64,000 nt of DNA, from sequence record NZ_CP040051.1. The stretch is one strand, 5' to 3'. The stretch comes from a plasmid. The translations under genes were made by a program, and so were the position numbers. Shown piece after piece: positions 19,184-31,143 of this stretch. The number at the start of each line of letters is the position of its first letter. The stretch's first letter is position 1. The notes below the pieces were generated by a model. That model saw only the letters and a program-made list of their open reading frames with translations, was not told the DNA's origin and did not search any database.

Positions 19184-19759
19184 ATGCAGTTATTAGGTTC
19201 AGTGGCTTCCCCTTTTGTTCGTCGTTTACGTTTAGTACTGGCAGGGCAACCTTATCAGTTTGTAGCGCTTAATATTTTTGAGTCTGAAGGCCGTTCAGTG
19301 TTGGTACAACATAATCCGGCACGCAAAGTGCCTGTGTTAGTGGATGGAGAGCAGGTTATTTTTGATTCAGGCGTAATTTATCGTTATTTGGCTTCGAAAC
19401 TGAAATTCAAACCATTGAGCTGGGATCAGGAAAACGGTCTGACGACCATCAATGCCTGCACAGACTCCTTGGTTGAATTACTGCTTTGTAAGCGCTCAGG
19501 TTTTGACGTGACTGAAGATAAATTGTTTTTTAATCTTCAGCATGAGCGAATTCAGGCGACGCTAGAGGCACTTGAGCAACAAATCAGGGCAGGGCATTTC
19601 GGTGACTGGGACTATCCTGGTATCAGTCTGTTCACTTTAATCGACTGGATATTGTTCCGCGATTTAGTCGACTTAAAACCCTTCCCTGTATTATTACAGT
19701 TCAGAAATGCGCATTTAAACCGGCCGATGGTCGCTGAAACCGACCCGCGTTTAAGCTAA
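19184..19759 (+). CDS. gst: glutathione S-transferase-like protein (gst, usual partner of blaPER)
   Basis: 191-aa GST-like ORF immediately downstream of blaPER, as in known blaPER contexts. Confidence 0.8.
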   Translation: MQLLGSVASPFVRRLRLVLAGQPYQFVALNIFESEGRSVLVQHNPARKVPVLVDGEQVIFDSGVIYRYLASKLKFKPLSWDQENGLTTINACTDSLVELLLCKRSGFDVTEDKLFFNLQHERIQATLEALEQQIRAGHFGDWDYPGISLFTLIDWILFRDLVDLKPFPVLLQFRNAHLNRPMVAETDPRLS

Positions 19760-19797
19760 AAACAACAGGTCAGAGCCAAGACTCTGACCTTTATTAT

Positions 19798-20796
19798 TTA
19801 TTCCACACCAATAAAGCCGCCGGTTTGATGCGCCCATAATTGAGCGTAAATACCGCCTTTGGCGATCAGTTCCTGATGACTGCCTTGTTCCACAATACGA
19901 CCTTGATCCAGAACGATCAGCCTGTCCATAGCTGCTATGGTAGATAAACGGTGTGCAATGGCTATAACCGTTTTGCCTATCATCAACTGAGTCAGACTAT
20001 GCTGAATAGCCGATTCTACTTCGGAGTCCAGCGCTGAGGTAGCTTCATCCAGAATCAGAATAGGGGCGTTTTTCAGTAAAACCCGAGCTATTGCAATACG
20101 TTGACGTTGACCACCAGAAAGCTTGACTCCACGTTCGCCCACCTGAGCGTCGTAGCCACTGTTGCCTTTAGGATCGGTAAGCTCCTGAATAAAAGCATCG
20201 GCTTCGGCTAAACGGGCTGCTTCAATCATTTCCGCTTCGGTAGCGCCAGGACGACCATATAAAATATTTTCCCTTACAGTACGGTGTAGCAGGGAGGTAT
20301 CCTGGGTCACCATAGCTATATGAGCGCGAAGACTTTCCTGGGATACGGTTTTAATGTCCTGACCGTCTATCAAAATCTGGCCTGAATTGACATCATAAAA
20401 GCGCAGCAGTAAGTTCACCAGCGTGGATTTACCAGCACCAGAACGGCCGACTAAACCTACTTTTTCACCGGGTTTAATCGACAAGTCCAAACCATCAATC
20501 ACAGGACCATGTTCACCTGCTGCTTTGCCGTAGTTAAAGTTCAGTTGCTTAAACTCAATCTGACCTTGTGGCACTTCAAGCGGCTTCGCATCAGCTTTGT
20601 CGATGATTTGCTGAGGCTGAGACAAAGTCGCAATACCATCTGCCACAGTACCTATGTTTTCAAACAGTGCACTGACTTCCCACATGATCCACTGCGACAT
20701 ACCATTTAAACGCAGCGCCAGACTGACTGCGATGGCAATAGAGCCCACAGTGACGGCATTGACAGACCAAAGCCATATCGCCAGCGTGGCAATAGA
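19798..20796 (-). pseudogene. abct: 5'-truncated ABC transporter ATP-binding/permease gene (abct)
   Basis: C-terminal ABC domain with Walker A GRSGAGKST, signature LSGGQRQR and Walker B ILILDEATSALD. The N-terminus is replaced by the 3'-CS at 20797. Confidence 0.8.
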
Positions 20797-21031
20797 GAAC
20801 ACTGGCATCGCATTTTATTTTCTTTCTCTGGTTCTGAAATCCATCCCTGTCGGTGTTGCTTATGCAGTCTGGTCGGGACTCGGCGTCGTCATAATTACAG
20901 CCATTGCCTGGTTGCTTCATGGGCAAAAGCTTGATGCGTGGGGCTTTGTAGGTATGGGGCTCATAATTGCTGCCTTTTTGCTCGCCCGATCCCCATCGTG
21001 GAAGTCGCTGCGGAGGCCGACGCCATGGTGA
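20797..21031 (+). pseudogene. qacEdelta1: qacEdelta1, second copy, 5'-truncated
   Basis: Identical to 14851-15085 of copy 1. The join to abct is at 20796/20797. Confidence 0.8.
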
Positions 21032-21858
21032 CGGTGTTCGGCATTCTGAATCTCACCGAGGACTCCTTCTTCGATGAGAGCCGGCGGCTAGACCCCGCCG
21101 GCGCTGTCACCGCGGCGATCGAAATGCTGCGAGTCGGATCAGACGTCGTGGATGTCGGACCGCCGCCAGCCATCGGACGCGAGGCCTGTATCGCCGCCGA
21201 TGAGATCAGACGTATTGCGCCGCTCTTAGACGCCCTGTCCGATCAGATGCACCGTGTTTCAATCGACAGCTTCCAACCGAAACCCAGCGCTATGCGCTCA
21301 AGCGCGGCGTGGGCTACCTGAACGATATCCAAGGATTTCCTGACCCTGCGCTCTATCCCGATATTGCTGAGGCGGACTGCAGGCTGGTGGTTATGCACTC
21401 AGCGCAGCGGGATGGCATCGCCACCCGCACCGTCACCTTCGACCCGAAGACGCGCTCGACGAGATTGTGCGGTTCTTCGAGGCGCGGGTTTCCGCCTTGC
21501 GACGGAGCGGGGTCGCTGCCGACCGCTCATCCTCGATCCGGGGATGGGATTTTTCTTGAGCCCCGCACCGGAAACATCGCTGCACGTGCTGTCGAACCTT
21601 CAAAAGCTGAAGTCGGCGTTGGGGCTTCCGCTATTGGTCTCGGTGTCGCGGAAATCCTTCTTGGGCGCCACCGTTGGCCTTCCTGTAAAGGATCTGGGTC
21701 CAGCGAGCCTTGCGGCGGAACTTCACGCGATCGGCAATGGCGCTGACTACGTCCGCACCCACGCGCCTGGAGATCTGCGAAGCGCAATCACCTTCTCGGA
21801 AACCCTCGCGAAATTTCGCAGTCGCGACGCCAGAGACCGAGGGTTAGATCATGCCTAG
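21025..21858 (+). pseudogene. sul1: sul1 second copy carrying six single-base deletions (all at CCGG) that cause multiple frameshifts
   Basis: Direct alignment with 15075-15914. Losses are at copy-1 positions about 15211, 15226, 15247, 15332, 15485 and 15579. Confidence 0.8.
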
Positions 21859-21882
21859 CATTCACCTTCCGGCCGCCCGCTA

Positions 21883-24037
21883 AATATCTCCTTTTGGGTT
21901 GTTAATAAAACATCCAATAAGTTGACTGTGCGTGAAAAAGAAAGTTTTGTGTGATGGCGTTGAAGATCGCACCGTTAAGCTCTTATGTGGGATGGTGCAG
22001 AGCTCGACGACTACCGATAAAACGCAACCGCCGCAAACAGACAAGAAAAAGCCCCAACTGATAACAGTTGGGGCTTCAGTATTGTGATTGGTGGAGCAAT
22101 AGCACCCTGAACCAAAAACCTTCTCGCTCAACCGGTAGTGGCTGATAACAACTCGTGAGGGCTATTGCGGGTTAAGCATTTAGCGATGTCTAGGGCCAGA
22201 CTGGACGTCTGAACGCAAGCCGCTGATACTGTACATAACCACAGTATCAGCGGAGGATACCCATGTCGCTGGCAAGGAACGCCACGGCGAGTCAATCGCC
22301 CACTCAAACAAACGGTTACGAACGCCACCAACCCGACCAGACGCTGCTCTACCAGCTGGTTGAGCAGCACTACCCAGCCTTCAAAGCCTCACTCGAAGCC
22401 CAAGGTCAACACCTGCCTCGCTACATCCAACAAGAATTCAACGACCTCCTCCAATGTGGCCGTCTGGAGTATGGTTTCATGCGGGTTCGCTGCGAGGATT
22501 GTCATCACGAGCGTCTGGTCGCCTTCAGCTGTAAACGACGCGGCTTTTGCCCCTAGCTGCGGTGCCCGCCGGATGGCCGAGAGTGCGGCGCTGCTGATAG
22601 ACGAAGTCTTCCCCAAGGAGCCCATTCGCCAGTGGGTGCTCAGCTTTCCTTTCCAGCTACGCTTTTTGCTGGCTCGCCATCCCCAGCTGATGGGCCAGGT
22701 CTTGAGTATCGTCTATCGTACACTCTCAACTCATCTGATCAAAAAAGCCGGTTACACCAAAGCCTCTGCACAAACTGGCTCAGTGACTCTTATCCAACGC
22801 TTTGGCTCCGCGCTAAATCTCAATGTCCACTACCACATGCTGTTTCTCGATGGTGTCTATGCCGAAGATGACTATGGCAAGCAACGCTTCCATCGTGTCA
22901 AGGCACCCACTTACGATGAGCTGAATACGCTCGCTCACACCCTCAGCCATCGCATCGCTCGCTGCATGGAAAAGCGTGGGATTTTGGAGCGTGATGCCGA
23001 GAATACGTGGTTGACACTGGAAGAGGGCGAAGACGATACGCTGACTCAATTACATGGTGCTTCGGTTACGTATCGCATTGCCGTCGGCCCCCAGCAAGGG
23101 CGCAAAGTCTTCACCCTGCAAACCTTGCCAGGGCGTGAGGATAAAGCCGACTCAAGCAGTCGAGTAGCCAACCATGCTGGTTTCTCGCTACACGCCGGTG
23201 TGATGGCCGAAGCGCATCAGCGGGATAAGCTTGAGCGCTTGTGTCGCTACATTAGTCGGCCAGCGGTTTCAGAAAAACGTCTGGCATTAACCGCCAATGG
23301 GCAGGTGCGTTACGAGCTCAAAACTCCGTACCGCAATGGCACCACCCATGTGATCTTCGAGCCGCTGGACTTCATCGCCAAACTCGCTGCGTTGGTACCT
23401 AAGCCGCGAGTCAACCTCACACGCTTCCACGGCGTCTTTGCACCGAACAGCAAACACCGAGTTCAAGTAACACCCGCCAAGCGGGGCAAGAAGCCCGACA
23501 AATCGGAAGGTCTCGATACTAACTGGCGTGACAAGAGTCCTGCAGAGCGCCACCGCGCCATGACCTGGATGCAACGCCTCAAGCGAGTCTTCAATATTGA
23601 TATTGAAGTCTGCGAACACTGCGGCGGTCACGTCAAAGTGATTGCCAGCATCGAAGATCCGAAGGTCATTGAGCAGATTCTCAAGCATCTGAAACAGAAA
23701 ACAGCCAAGGCGAATGCCGCCAAGCAGCGTGAGCTGCCACCAGAACGAGCGCCGCCACTGACTCCCAGCCTGTTCGATCCATCACAGAGTCGTCTCTTTG
23801 ACTGACGACCCCAAATCCAACACTGCTCAACACTGCCAACTTTTAAACGGGGCGGTGGGGCAGTTTGTATCTCTCGAGCTATCAGGCTAGAGATTTTACC
23901 GCCAAATCGAACCTTATTAGAGCGGTTTAGGCTGGACCGGCAGTTAAAATTGGGGCTTGAGCGGTAAACGAGTGAGGGAATTTCAGGTAAGATACTTCGG
24001 ATGAGGAGCAAAAAGGTGGTTTATACTTCCTATACCC
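21883..24037 (+). mobile_element. ISCR1 copy 2
   Basis: Identical to copy 1 apart from indels. The oriIS end GGTTTATACTTCCTATACCC is at 24018-24037. Confidence 0.8.
22263..23805 (+). pseudogene. ISCR1 transposase gene with a +1 C insertion (CCC to CCCC at about 22550), leaving a split ORF
   Basis: ORFs 22263-22556 and 22360-23805 together reconstitute Orf513. Confidence 0.8.
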
Positions 24038-24041
24038 CTGG

Positions 24042-24878
24042 ATGGACGAACAAGCCATTAAGCAGTGGCATTGCCTGGTCCACCATGGCCGCCGAGGGAG
24101 AGGTTTCCACTACAGTGACACCGCCATTGAGACGGCCCTGATGCTAAAAGGCTTGTTCAAGTTGCCGCTGCGGGCGCTAGAAGGCTTCATTAACTCGTTG
24201 TTCCAACTGATGGCGGTGCCTTTGCAGTCGCCGGACTATAGCTGTATCAGCAAGCGCGCCAAGACCGTCGACATCAAGTACCGCCTCCCCAGCCAAGGCC
24301 CGGTGGCTCACTTGGTCATTGATGCCACCGGCCTCAAGGTCTATGGCGAAGGCGAATGGAAAATTCGCAAACACGGCAAGGAGAAGCGACGAGTGTGGCG
24401 CAAGCTCCACTTGGCGGTGGATGCCACAACCCATGCGGTCATCGCTGCCGAAGTCAGCCTGGAGACGGTGGCGGATAACGAGGTGTTACCGACGTTGCTC
24501 AACCCCTTACGACGCAAGATAAAACAGGTCAGCGCCGATGGTGCGTATGACACCAAGGCCTGTCATGCGCTACTGAAGAAAAAGGGGGCGAAAGCCACCA
24601 TACCGCCGAGAAAAAATGCGGCACCGTGGGAGGAAGGCCATCCCCGCAACGAGGCGGTGACGGCGCTCAAGGCCGGTGAACTGAAGCAATGGAAGAAAGA
24701 CTCCGGCTATCACCAGCGCTCGATAGCCGAGACCGCCATGTACCGGTTCAAGCAACTCATCGGGCCAACGCTGAGCCTGCGGAACTACAACGCCCAGGTG
24801 GGCGAAATCCTGGCTGGCGTGAAGGTGATGAACAAGCTGATAGGGCTTGGTATGCCTGTTCGCCAGCCAGTGAATTGA
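24042..24878 (+). pseudogene. IS5-family (DDE) transposase gene fragment abutting the ISCR1 oriIS
   Basis: 278-aa ORF with IS5/IS427-group features. It starts 4 bp after the oriIS end and no flanking inverted repeats are seen. Confidence 0.55.
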
Positions 24879-24983
24879 GTGGTATCAACGGGTTGGGGAA
24901 CGGCCATCCAGCGACGGATTTGGTCAACAACGCCGATAACACCTCGAAATCGGAGTTTATATGGCTTCGTGGGGGAGTTATGT

Positions 24984-26319
24984 GCTGAAGAATCCCCTGA
25001 TGATTTACAAATAAATCATCAAATTAGAGTGGAAGCGCATCTTGTTGCATGATCAAATGGTTTCGCTAAAAACTACACTTGGACAACAAGATGCGCGAAG
25101 CCAATATCCTACAACATTCTTTACACCAATACTGCCCAGAACTTCACCTAAAACGATTAAACAGCTTGATGCTGGCCTCTAAGGCACTGATTGAATGTAA
25201 GACACTGACCTTGACTGAGTTAGGTCGAAATTTACCAACCACGGCCCGAACCAAGCACAACATCAAGCGCATTGATCGTTTGCTCGGCAACACGCATCTG
25301 CATCAAGAACGGTTAGCTGTCTACCAATGGCATGCCAGCCTCATCTGTTCTGGTAACCCTATGCCGATTGTGCTCGTCGATTGGTCAGACATCCGAGAGC
25401 ATAAACGCATCATGGCTCTGCGCGCCTCAATAGCCTTCAATGGCCGCTCTATTACCCTGTATGAGAAGTCCTATCCCCTATCAGAACAATGCTCTAAGGC
25501 CTCCCACAACGGTTTTTTAGCGGACTTAGCCAAGATTTTACCTTTGCATGTTACCCCTCTCATCGTGACTGACGCGGGGTTCAAAGTGCCTTGGTACAAA
25601 GAGGTTGAGGCGCATGGTTGGTTTTGGCTAAGCCGTATTCGCGGTACAGTTCAATTTGCAGATATTGGCGCTGAAAATTGGCGTGCAGTTCGCAGTACAC
25701 ATGACTTGGCCAACGGTCAAGCGAAGAGCCTGGGTTGTAAGACCTTGACCAAAACTAACCCTATCAATTGCCATCTCACGCTTTATCGTAGCAAACCTAA
25801 GGGGCGTACAAATCAGCGTTCAACGAGGACTAATTGCCACCATCCATCGGCAAAAACGTACTCAACATCGGCGAAAGAGCCTTGGGTGTTAGCCAGCAAT
25901 TTACCACCAGAATCTCGGAGCCCAAAGCAGCTGGTAAACCTGTACGCCAAACGTATGCAAATAGAGGAAACCTTTCGTGACCTCAAAAGCCCGGCATACG
26001 GCTTTGGCTTACGCCAAAGTCGTACCAACAGTCCAGAGCGATTCGACATCATCCTACTGATAGCGTTGATGGTTCAATGCCTGTTGTGGCTAGTTGGTTT
26101 ACACGCACAGCAACAGGGCTGGGATAAGCATTTTCAGGCCAATACCATTGGGCATCGAACGGTACTCTCAACGATTCGCTTGGGATTGGAGGTACTCAGG
26201 CGGCCTGATTATCAAATCACGGAGAAAGAATTGCTGGCGGCCTGGGTATTATTCGCCAATCAGTTGCTCAAATATGGCTATGCTATGGCTGATTTATGAG
26301 GGGATCCTTCAGAGTTATG
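24984..26319 (+). mobile_element. IS4-family IS10-like insertion sequence (position of ISEc28 in Tn1548)
   Basis: Terminal inverted repeats CTGAAGAATCCCC ... GGGGATCCTTCAG. 406-aa transposase with clear collinearity to IS10 Tnp. Confidence 0.6.
25079..26299 (+). CDS. IS10-like transposase (406 aa)
   Basis: LHLKRLNSL..LTLTELGRNLPT.ARTKHNIKRIDRLLGN ... AGFKVPWYK ... RMQIEETFRDLKSPAYG is recognised as an IS10-type DDE transposase. Confidence 0.85.
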   Translation: MDNKMREANILQHSLHQYCPELHLKRLNSLMLASKALIECKTLTLTELGRNLPTTARTKHNIKRIDRLLGNTHLHQERLAVYQWHASLICSGNPMPIVLVDWSDIREHKRIMALRASIAFNGRSITLYEKSYPLSEQCSKASHNGFLADLAKILPLHVTPLIVTDAGFKVPWYKEVEAHGWFWLSRIRGTVQFADIGAENWRAVRSTHDLANGQAKSLGCKTLTKTNPINCHLTLYRSKPKGRTNQRSTRTNCHHPSAKTYSTSAKEPWVLASNLPPESRSPKQLVNLYAKRMQIEETFRDLKSPAYGFGLRQSRTNSPERFDIILLIALMVQCLLWLVGLHAQQQGWDKHFQANTIGHRTVLSTIRLGLEVLRRPDYQITEKELLAAWVLFANQLLKYGYAMADL

Positions 26320-26541
26320 TGTTTGAGCTTTGTCGCATTAACGCGAATCAGGGGTTGACGGCAGAAATGGACTGGAATTACACTTCTTAGAGTCGGCGTT
26401 GCCGGAAAATTCTGATTGGATTAGTTGTTCGGGGTGCGAAAACAGTCGTAGTTCGGGGGAAAAACCGAATTTTGACCCGAAACCGCAAAAAACCCGAAAT
26501 GACAGTTCCTATCAAATACTTAACTTGTAGGTTCTTTCAAA

Positions 26542-27314
26542 TGGATAAGAATGATGTTGTTAAGAAGATACTTGAATCAAAAAAGTACGAAAACCTTGAT
26601 TCAGATATTGTTGAAAAGGTTGTTTCCATTTCTGAGAAGAAATATAAATTAAAGGAAGTTGAGAATTATTCTAAAAAGAAATTGCATCAAATATGGGGGT
26701 CTTACTATTCTGCCTATCCTAATTGGGATAAATTATTAAAAAAGTACAATCAGGGGCAGTTATCAATAGAAGATTTACTAAAGATTCATTCTTCGACGAA
26801 TGAAAGAGTCGCAACATTAAATGACTTTTACACTTATGTATTTGGAAATATCAAACATGTCTCATCTATTTTAGATTTTGGTTGTGGCTTCAATCCATTA
26901 GCTTTATACCAATGGAATGAAAATGAAAAAATAATATATCATGCATACGATATTGATAGAGCTGAGATAGCTTTTTTGAGTAGCATTATTGGGAAGTTAA
27001 AGACGACGATAAAGTATAGGTTTTTGAATAAAGAGAGTGATGTCTACAAAGGTACTTATGATGTAGTATTCCTTTTAAAGATGCTTCCTGTGCTAAAACA
27101 GCAAGATGTAAATATCTTGGATTTCCTACAGCTTTTTCATACTCAAAACTTTGTAATATCTTTTCCAATAAAGTCTTTATCTGGAAAGGAGAAGGGAATG
27201 GAAGAGAATTACCAGCTATGGTTTGAATCTTTTACAAAAGGTTGGATAAAAATCCTTGATTCGAAGGTTATAGGGAATGAGTTAGTATATATTACTAGTG
27301 GATTTCAGAAATAA
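26542..27314 (+). CDS. armA: 16S rRNA (G1405-N7) methyltransferase ArmA (257 aa), giving pan-aminoglycoside resistance
   Basis: MDKNDVVKKILESKKYENLDSDIVEKVVSISEKKYKLKEVENYSKKKLHQIWGSYYSAYPNW... is recognised. The local AT-rich composition is typical. Confidence 0.95.
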
Positions 27315-27922
27315 CTCCGCCTCCAAGGCACTCATTTTCTTGGAAAAGTACTAAACTCTGTCCAACGGCTGGAGCCCATTGTGGTGCAGAAAATTCAAAT
27401 ATATATCCATTTTCATTCTGGGTTACTTTTACTGGTGTATCCTGACTTCTATAACGGATAGATGCTGTATAGTTATTATTAAGTAATGAAGTTTCGTTTA
27501 TCAAGTGCAATTCTGAAACACTTACTATGTTTTTCCAAAGTTTTGGATTATCTTTTCCTTGGACAACATAGAGGATATTTTGAGGAAAAGATAGGTTTCA
27601 ACTACAGTTTAGAAGGTTAAAAACAAATGCATGCATGGCTCAAAAGCAATCTAGGGAAGGTGCGAATAAGCGGGGAAATTCTTCTCGGCTGACTCAGTCA
27701 TTTCATTTTTTCCTGTTTGAGCCGTTTTTTCTCCCGTAAATGCACTGTATACCGATATGGGCAGGGCGAAGCGCTAAAGTACAACAATCTTATTGTTAGC
27801 TATTGTCTTGGCGTTCCAGAAAATCTTTAAACTCAATAGTATAAAGCCGTAACAGCACCATGGTTAACGCAAAAATAATTGGCCCATAAATCAAACCAAT
27901 TAAACCAAAGAGTTGCAAACCA

Positions 27923-29249
27923 CCTGAGGTATCCCCAGAAATTCTGTAGTTAAAATAAAATGTTAGTTGATTGGGGAACATTCATGGCGGTTCCTGATCT
28001 GATCATTCGCCAAAACTCCCACACCGCGGATGCTCACCATGAATGTAAAAGCTATGCTCGCTGATTTCCTCACCTTTGTCACGCCAAAATCAATGCATAA
28101 AGCCCGATTTTCGGTTTTGCTAGATGCGGTAACCGCCCTGGCAAAGGATGCGTGTTGCACCGTTACTGCGATTGGCCGGGCGATGCCTGGCTCTTCAGAT
28201 AAGGTCAGTATCAAACGGGCAGATCGTCTACTCAATAATCCTAACCTGCAACGAGAGCTGCCATTGATTTATGCTGCGCTGACGGCTTCTATTGTTGGCC
28301 ATAAAACTAAGCCGATGATTTTGGTTGACTGGAGCAATGCCGATACTGCCAAGCGACACTTTATCCTGCGTGCCAGCATTGCCGCTGACGGTAGAGCGTT
28401 GACTCTGCTACAGAAGATTGCCGCCGCAGAAGATTATACCTGCCCACACCTACACGGGGCGTTTTTAAAGCAGCTTAAAGCCATGCTACCCAAGGACTGT
28501 AAGCCCGTAATTGTCACTGACGCGGGGTTTAAAGTTCCATGGCTGAAACAAGTGCGTAAGCTGGGATGGCATTATGTAGCTAGAGTTCGAGGCAATGTGA
28601 AGCTTAAATTGGCAGAGCAGGACAAGTTTATCAGTGTTAATCAGCTTTATCGGCAAGCGAAGAAGGATCCAAAAAGTGTAGGAAAAATCATGCTTGCCCA
28701 AACACAACACTATGAAACGCAGGCCGTCCTGGTTGGCAAAGGTTATAAGCTATTGAAACGCGATAAAAATAAGACGTATAAGGAACCATGGTTGTTGGTG
28801 TCATCCTTAGCTGACTGCCATGGGTATGCGGATAAAATTGCTAAGTGCTACAGTAGCCGAATGCAAATTGAAGAAAGCTTCCGTGATCAGAAAAGTCACC
28901 GCTATGGCCTGGGTAGCGATTTGCATGGTACCAAGAAGAAATCTCGCTTAGAGATACTGCTACTACTGGCCGCATTGGTTAATTGGTTTCATTACCTGCT
29001 AGGTAGCGCAGCGGAGAAAGCGGGTTTGCACCTGCGTTATCAAGCTAACACCGTTAAAAATAGGCGGGTATTGGCCCTGAATTTCCTTGGGATATTACTT
29101 TGCAAAGAACCCAAACAGCGAATACGCAGGCAATATTATCAGCAGGGACTTAAACAAATACTACAGTGGGTGGTTCAGTGGGACTGGGCAGTAATCAAAC
29201 AGGCTGATAGCTGATTGTATGAATGGAAATTTTGTGGGGATCCCTCAGG
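27923..29249 (+). mobile_element. second IS4-family IS (position of ISEc29 in Tn1548)
   Basis: Ends CTGAGGTATCCCC ... GGGGATCCCTCAGG. 394-aa transposase. Confidence 0.5.
28030..29214 (+). CDS. IS4-family transposase (394 aa)
   Basis: Motifs DAGFKVPW and SRMQIEESFRDQKSHRYG are shared with the IS10-like transposase. Confidence 0.8.
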   Translation: MLTMNVKAMLADFLTFVTPKSMHKARFSVLLDAVTALAKDACCTVTAIGRAMPGSSDKVSIKRADRLLNNPNLQRELPLIYAALTASIVGHKTKPMILVDWSNADTAKRHFILRASIAADGRALTLLQKIAAAEDYTCPHLHGAFLKQLKAMLPKDCKPVIVTDAGFKVPWLKQVRKLGWHYVARVRGNVKLKLAEQDKFISVNQLYRQAKKDPKSVGKIMLAQTQHYETQAVLVGKGYKLLKRDKNKTYKEPWLLVSSLADCHGYADKIAKCYSSRMQIEESFRDQKSHRYGLGSDLHGTKKKSRLEILLLLAALVNWFHYLLGSAAEKAGLHLRYQANTVKNRRVLALNFLGILLCKEPKQRIRRQYYQQGLKQILQWVVQWDWAVIKQADS

Positions 29250-29612
29250 TTGTCTAGACTTCTTTTAACAGTAAAGTTATCATAAAACTGAATTTTATTT
29301 TTTAGGTAAGTTTATGCATTCTATCCGCATTCGTTAAGACACAACTATTTGCATAGTGACACTATTTTATAATGGTGGGCTTTTGTTGTGTCTTTAAGAA
29401 TATATGCGGATATATAAAGTAAAAGTATGCTTAATTTATAAGTATGCTTTTAGTGCATAGTTTCCAGTTATAACTTAATTGACTAGCTATTTGTCCACCC
29501 TGTGGATGAATAGCTTTTTTTTTGGGAGGACACTGTGATGCTAGCTTTTGTTTTCACCTAAATCCTGTTTGCTGCATAAAAAATTTCAAGAGCTAAACAG
29601 GAGTAAATAAAA

Positions 29613-31088
29613 ATGAGTTTAATTATTAAAGCGAGAAACATACGCTTGGATTATGCTGGGCGTGATGTTTTGGATATTGATGAATTGGAAATTCACTCTT
29701 ATGACCGTATTGGTCTTGTGGGTGATAACGGAGCAGGAAAGAGTAGTTTACTCAAAGTACTTAATGGCGAAATTGTTTTAGCCGAAGCGACATTACAGCG
29801 TTTTGGTGATTTTGCACATATCAGCCAACTGGGCGGAATCGAAATAGAAACGGTCGAAGACCGGGCAATGTTATCTCGCCTTGGTGTTTCCAATGTACAA
29901 AACGACACAATGAGTGGCGGAGAGGAAACTCGTGCAAAAATTGCTGCCGCATTTTCCCAACAAGTACATGGCATTCTAGCGGATGAACCAACCAGCCACC
30001 TTGATCTCAATGGAATAGATCTACTTATTGGTCAACTTAAAGCATTTGATGGAGCATTACTTGTTATCAGTCATGACCGATATTTTCTTGATATGGTTGT
30101 AGACAAGATATGGGAGTTAAAAGACGGTAAAATTACGGAATATTGGGGTGGTTACTCGGATTACTTGCGTCAAAAAGAAGAAGAGCGACAACACCAAGCC
30201 GTAGAATATGAGCTGATGATGAAGGAACGGGAGCGATTAGAATCTGCTGTGCAAGAAAAACGCCAGCAAGCTAATCGATTAGACAATAAGAAAAAAGGAG
30301 AAAAATCCAAAAACTCTACCGAAAGTGCTGGACGACTTGGGCATGCAAAAATGACTGGCACCAAGCAAAGAAAACTGTATCAGGCAGCTAAGAGTATGGA
30401 AAAGCGTTTGGCTGCATTAGAAGATATTCAAGCACCAGAGCATTTGCGTTCTATTCGTTTTCGTCAAAGTTCAGCCCTAGAACTGCACAATAAGTTCCCG
30501 ATTACGGCAGATGGTCTGAGCTTAAAATTTGGTAGCCGTACTATCTTTGATGACGCTAACTTTATAATACCGCTTGGCGCTAAAGTCGCTATAACTGGAT
30601 CGAATGGAACAGGGAAAACGTCCTTGTTAAAAATGATATCAGAACGTGCTGATGGATTAACCATATCTCCAAAAGCTGAAATTGGCTACTTTACACAAAC
30701 AGGATATAAATTTAACACGCATAAATCTGTGCTCTCCTTTATGCAGGAAGAGTGCGAGTACACAGTTGCGGAAATTCGTGCAGTATTGGCTTCAATGGGG
30801 ATCGGAGCGAATGATATTCAAAAAAACTTATCCGACTTATCGGGAGGTGAAATCATCAAACTGCTTTTATCCAAAATGCTTTTAGGAAAATATAATATTT
30901 TGCTTATGGATGAACCAGGAAACTATCTTGACCTAAAAAGTATTGCCGCATTAGAAACAATGATGAAGTCCTATGCAGGAACTATTATCTTCGTATCTCA
31001 TGACAAGCAATTGGTCGATAATATTGCTGACATTATCTACGAGATCAAAGACCACAAAATCATCAAGACTTTTGAGAGAGATTGTTAA
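29613..31088 (+). CDS. msr(E): ABC-F ribosomal protection protein Msr(E) (491 aa), macrolide resistance
   Basis: [48 protein letters not shown] ... Two ABC domains are present. Confidence 0.95.
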   Translation: MSLIIKARNIRLDYAGRDVLDIDELEIHSYDRIGLVGDNGAGKSSLLKVLNGEIVLAEATLQRFGDFAHISQLGGIEIETVEDRAMLSRLGVSNVQNDTMSGGEETRAKIAAAFSQQVHGILADEPTSHLDLNGIDLLIGQLKAFDGALLVISHDRYFLDMVVDKIWELKDGKITEYWGGYSDYLRQKEEERQHQAVEYELMMKERERLESAVQEKRQQANRLDNKKKGEKSKNSTESAGRLGHAKMTGTKQRKLYQAAKSMEKRLAALEDIQAPEHLRSIRFRQSSALELHNKFPITADGLSLKFGSRTIFDDANFIIPLGAKVAITGSNGTGKTSLLKMISERADGLTISPKAEIGYFTQTGYKFNTHKSVLSFMQEECEYTVAEIRAVLASMGIGANDIQKNLSDLSGGEIIKLLLSKMLLGKYNILLMDEPGNYLDLKSIAALETMMKSYAGTIIFVSHDKQLVDNIADIIYEIKDHKIIKTFERDC

Positions 31089-31143
31089 TGATAGCCAATC
31101 TAATCCGAACATTAATTATTGAACTCTTTAAAGGAAATTAAAA

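Noticed and set aside
24042-24878. Intact IS5-family element with inverted repeats
   Set aside because: The ORF starts 4 bp after the ISCR1 oriIS. No terminal inverted repeats or N-terminal region are detectable, so it is treated as a captured fragment.
27295-27981. Small ORFs between armA and the second IS4-family element (27295-27510 minus, 27796-27981 minus)
   Set aside because: They are short with no conserved motifs. They lie in the known armA downstream junk region and overlap the inverted repeat of the IS.
29220-29612. Second pdif site expected upstream of msr(E)
   Set aside because: I scanned 29215-29612 for XerC/XerD arm consensus and found no convincing 11-6-11 match. The region instead contains the inverted repeat of the upstream IS.
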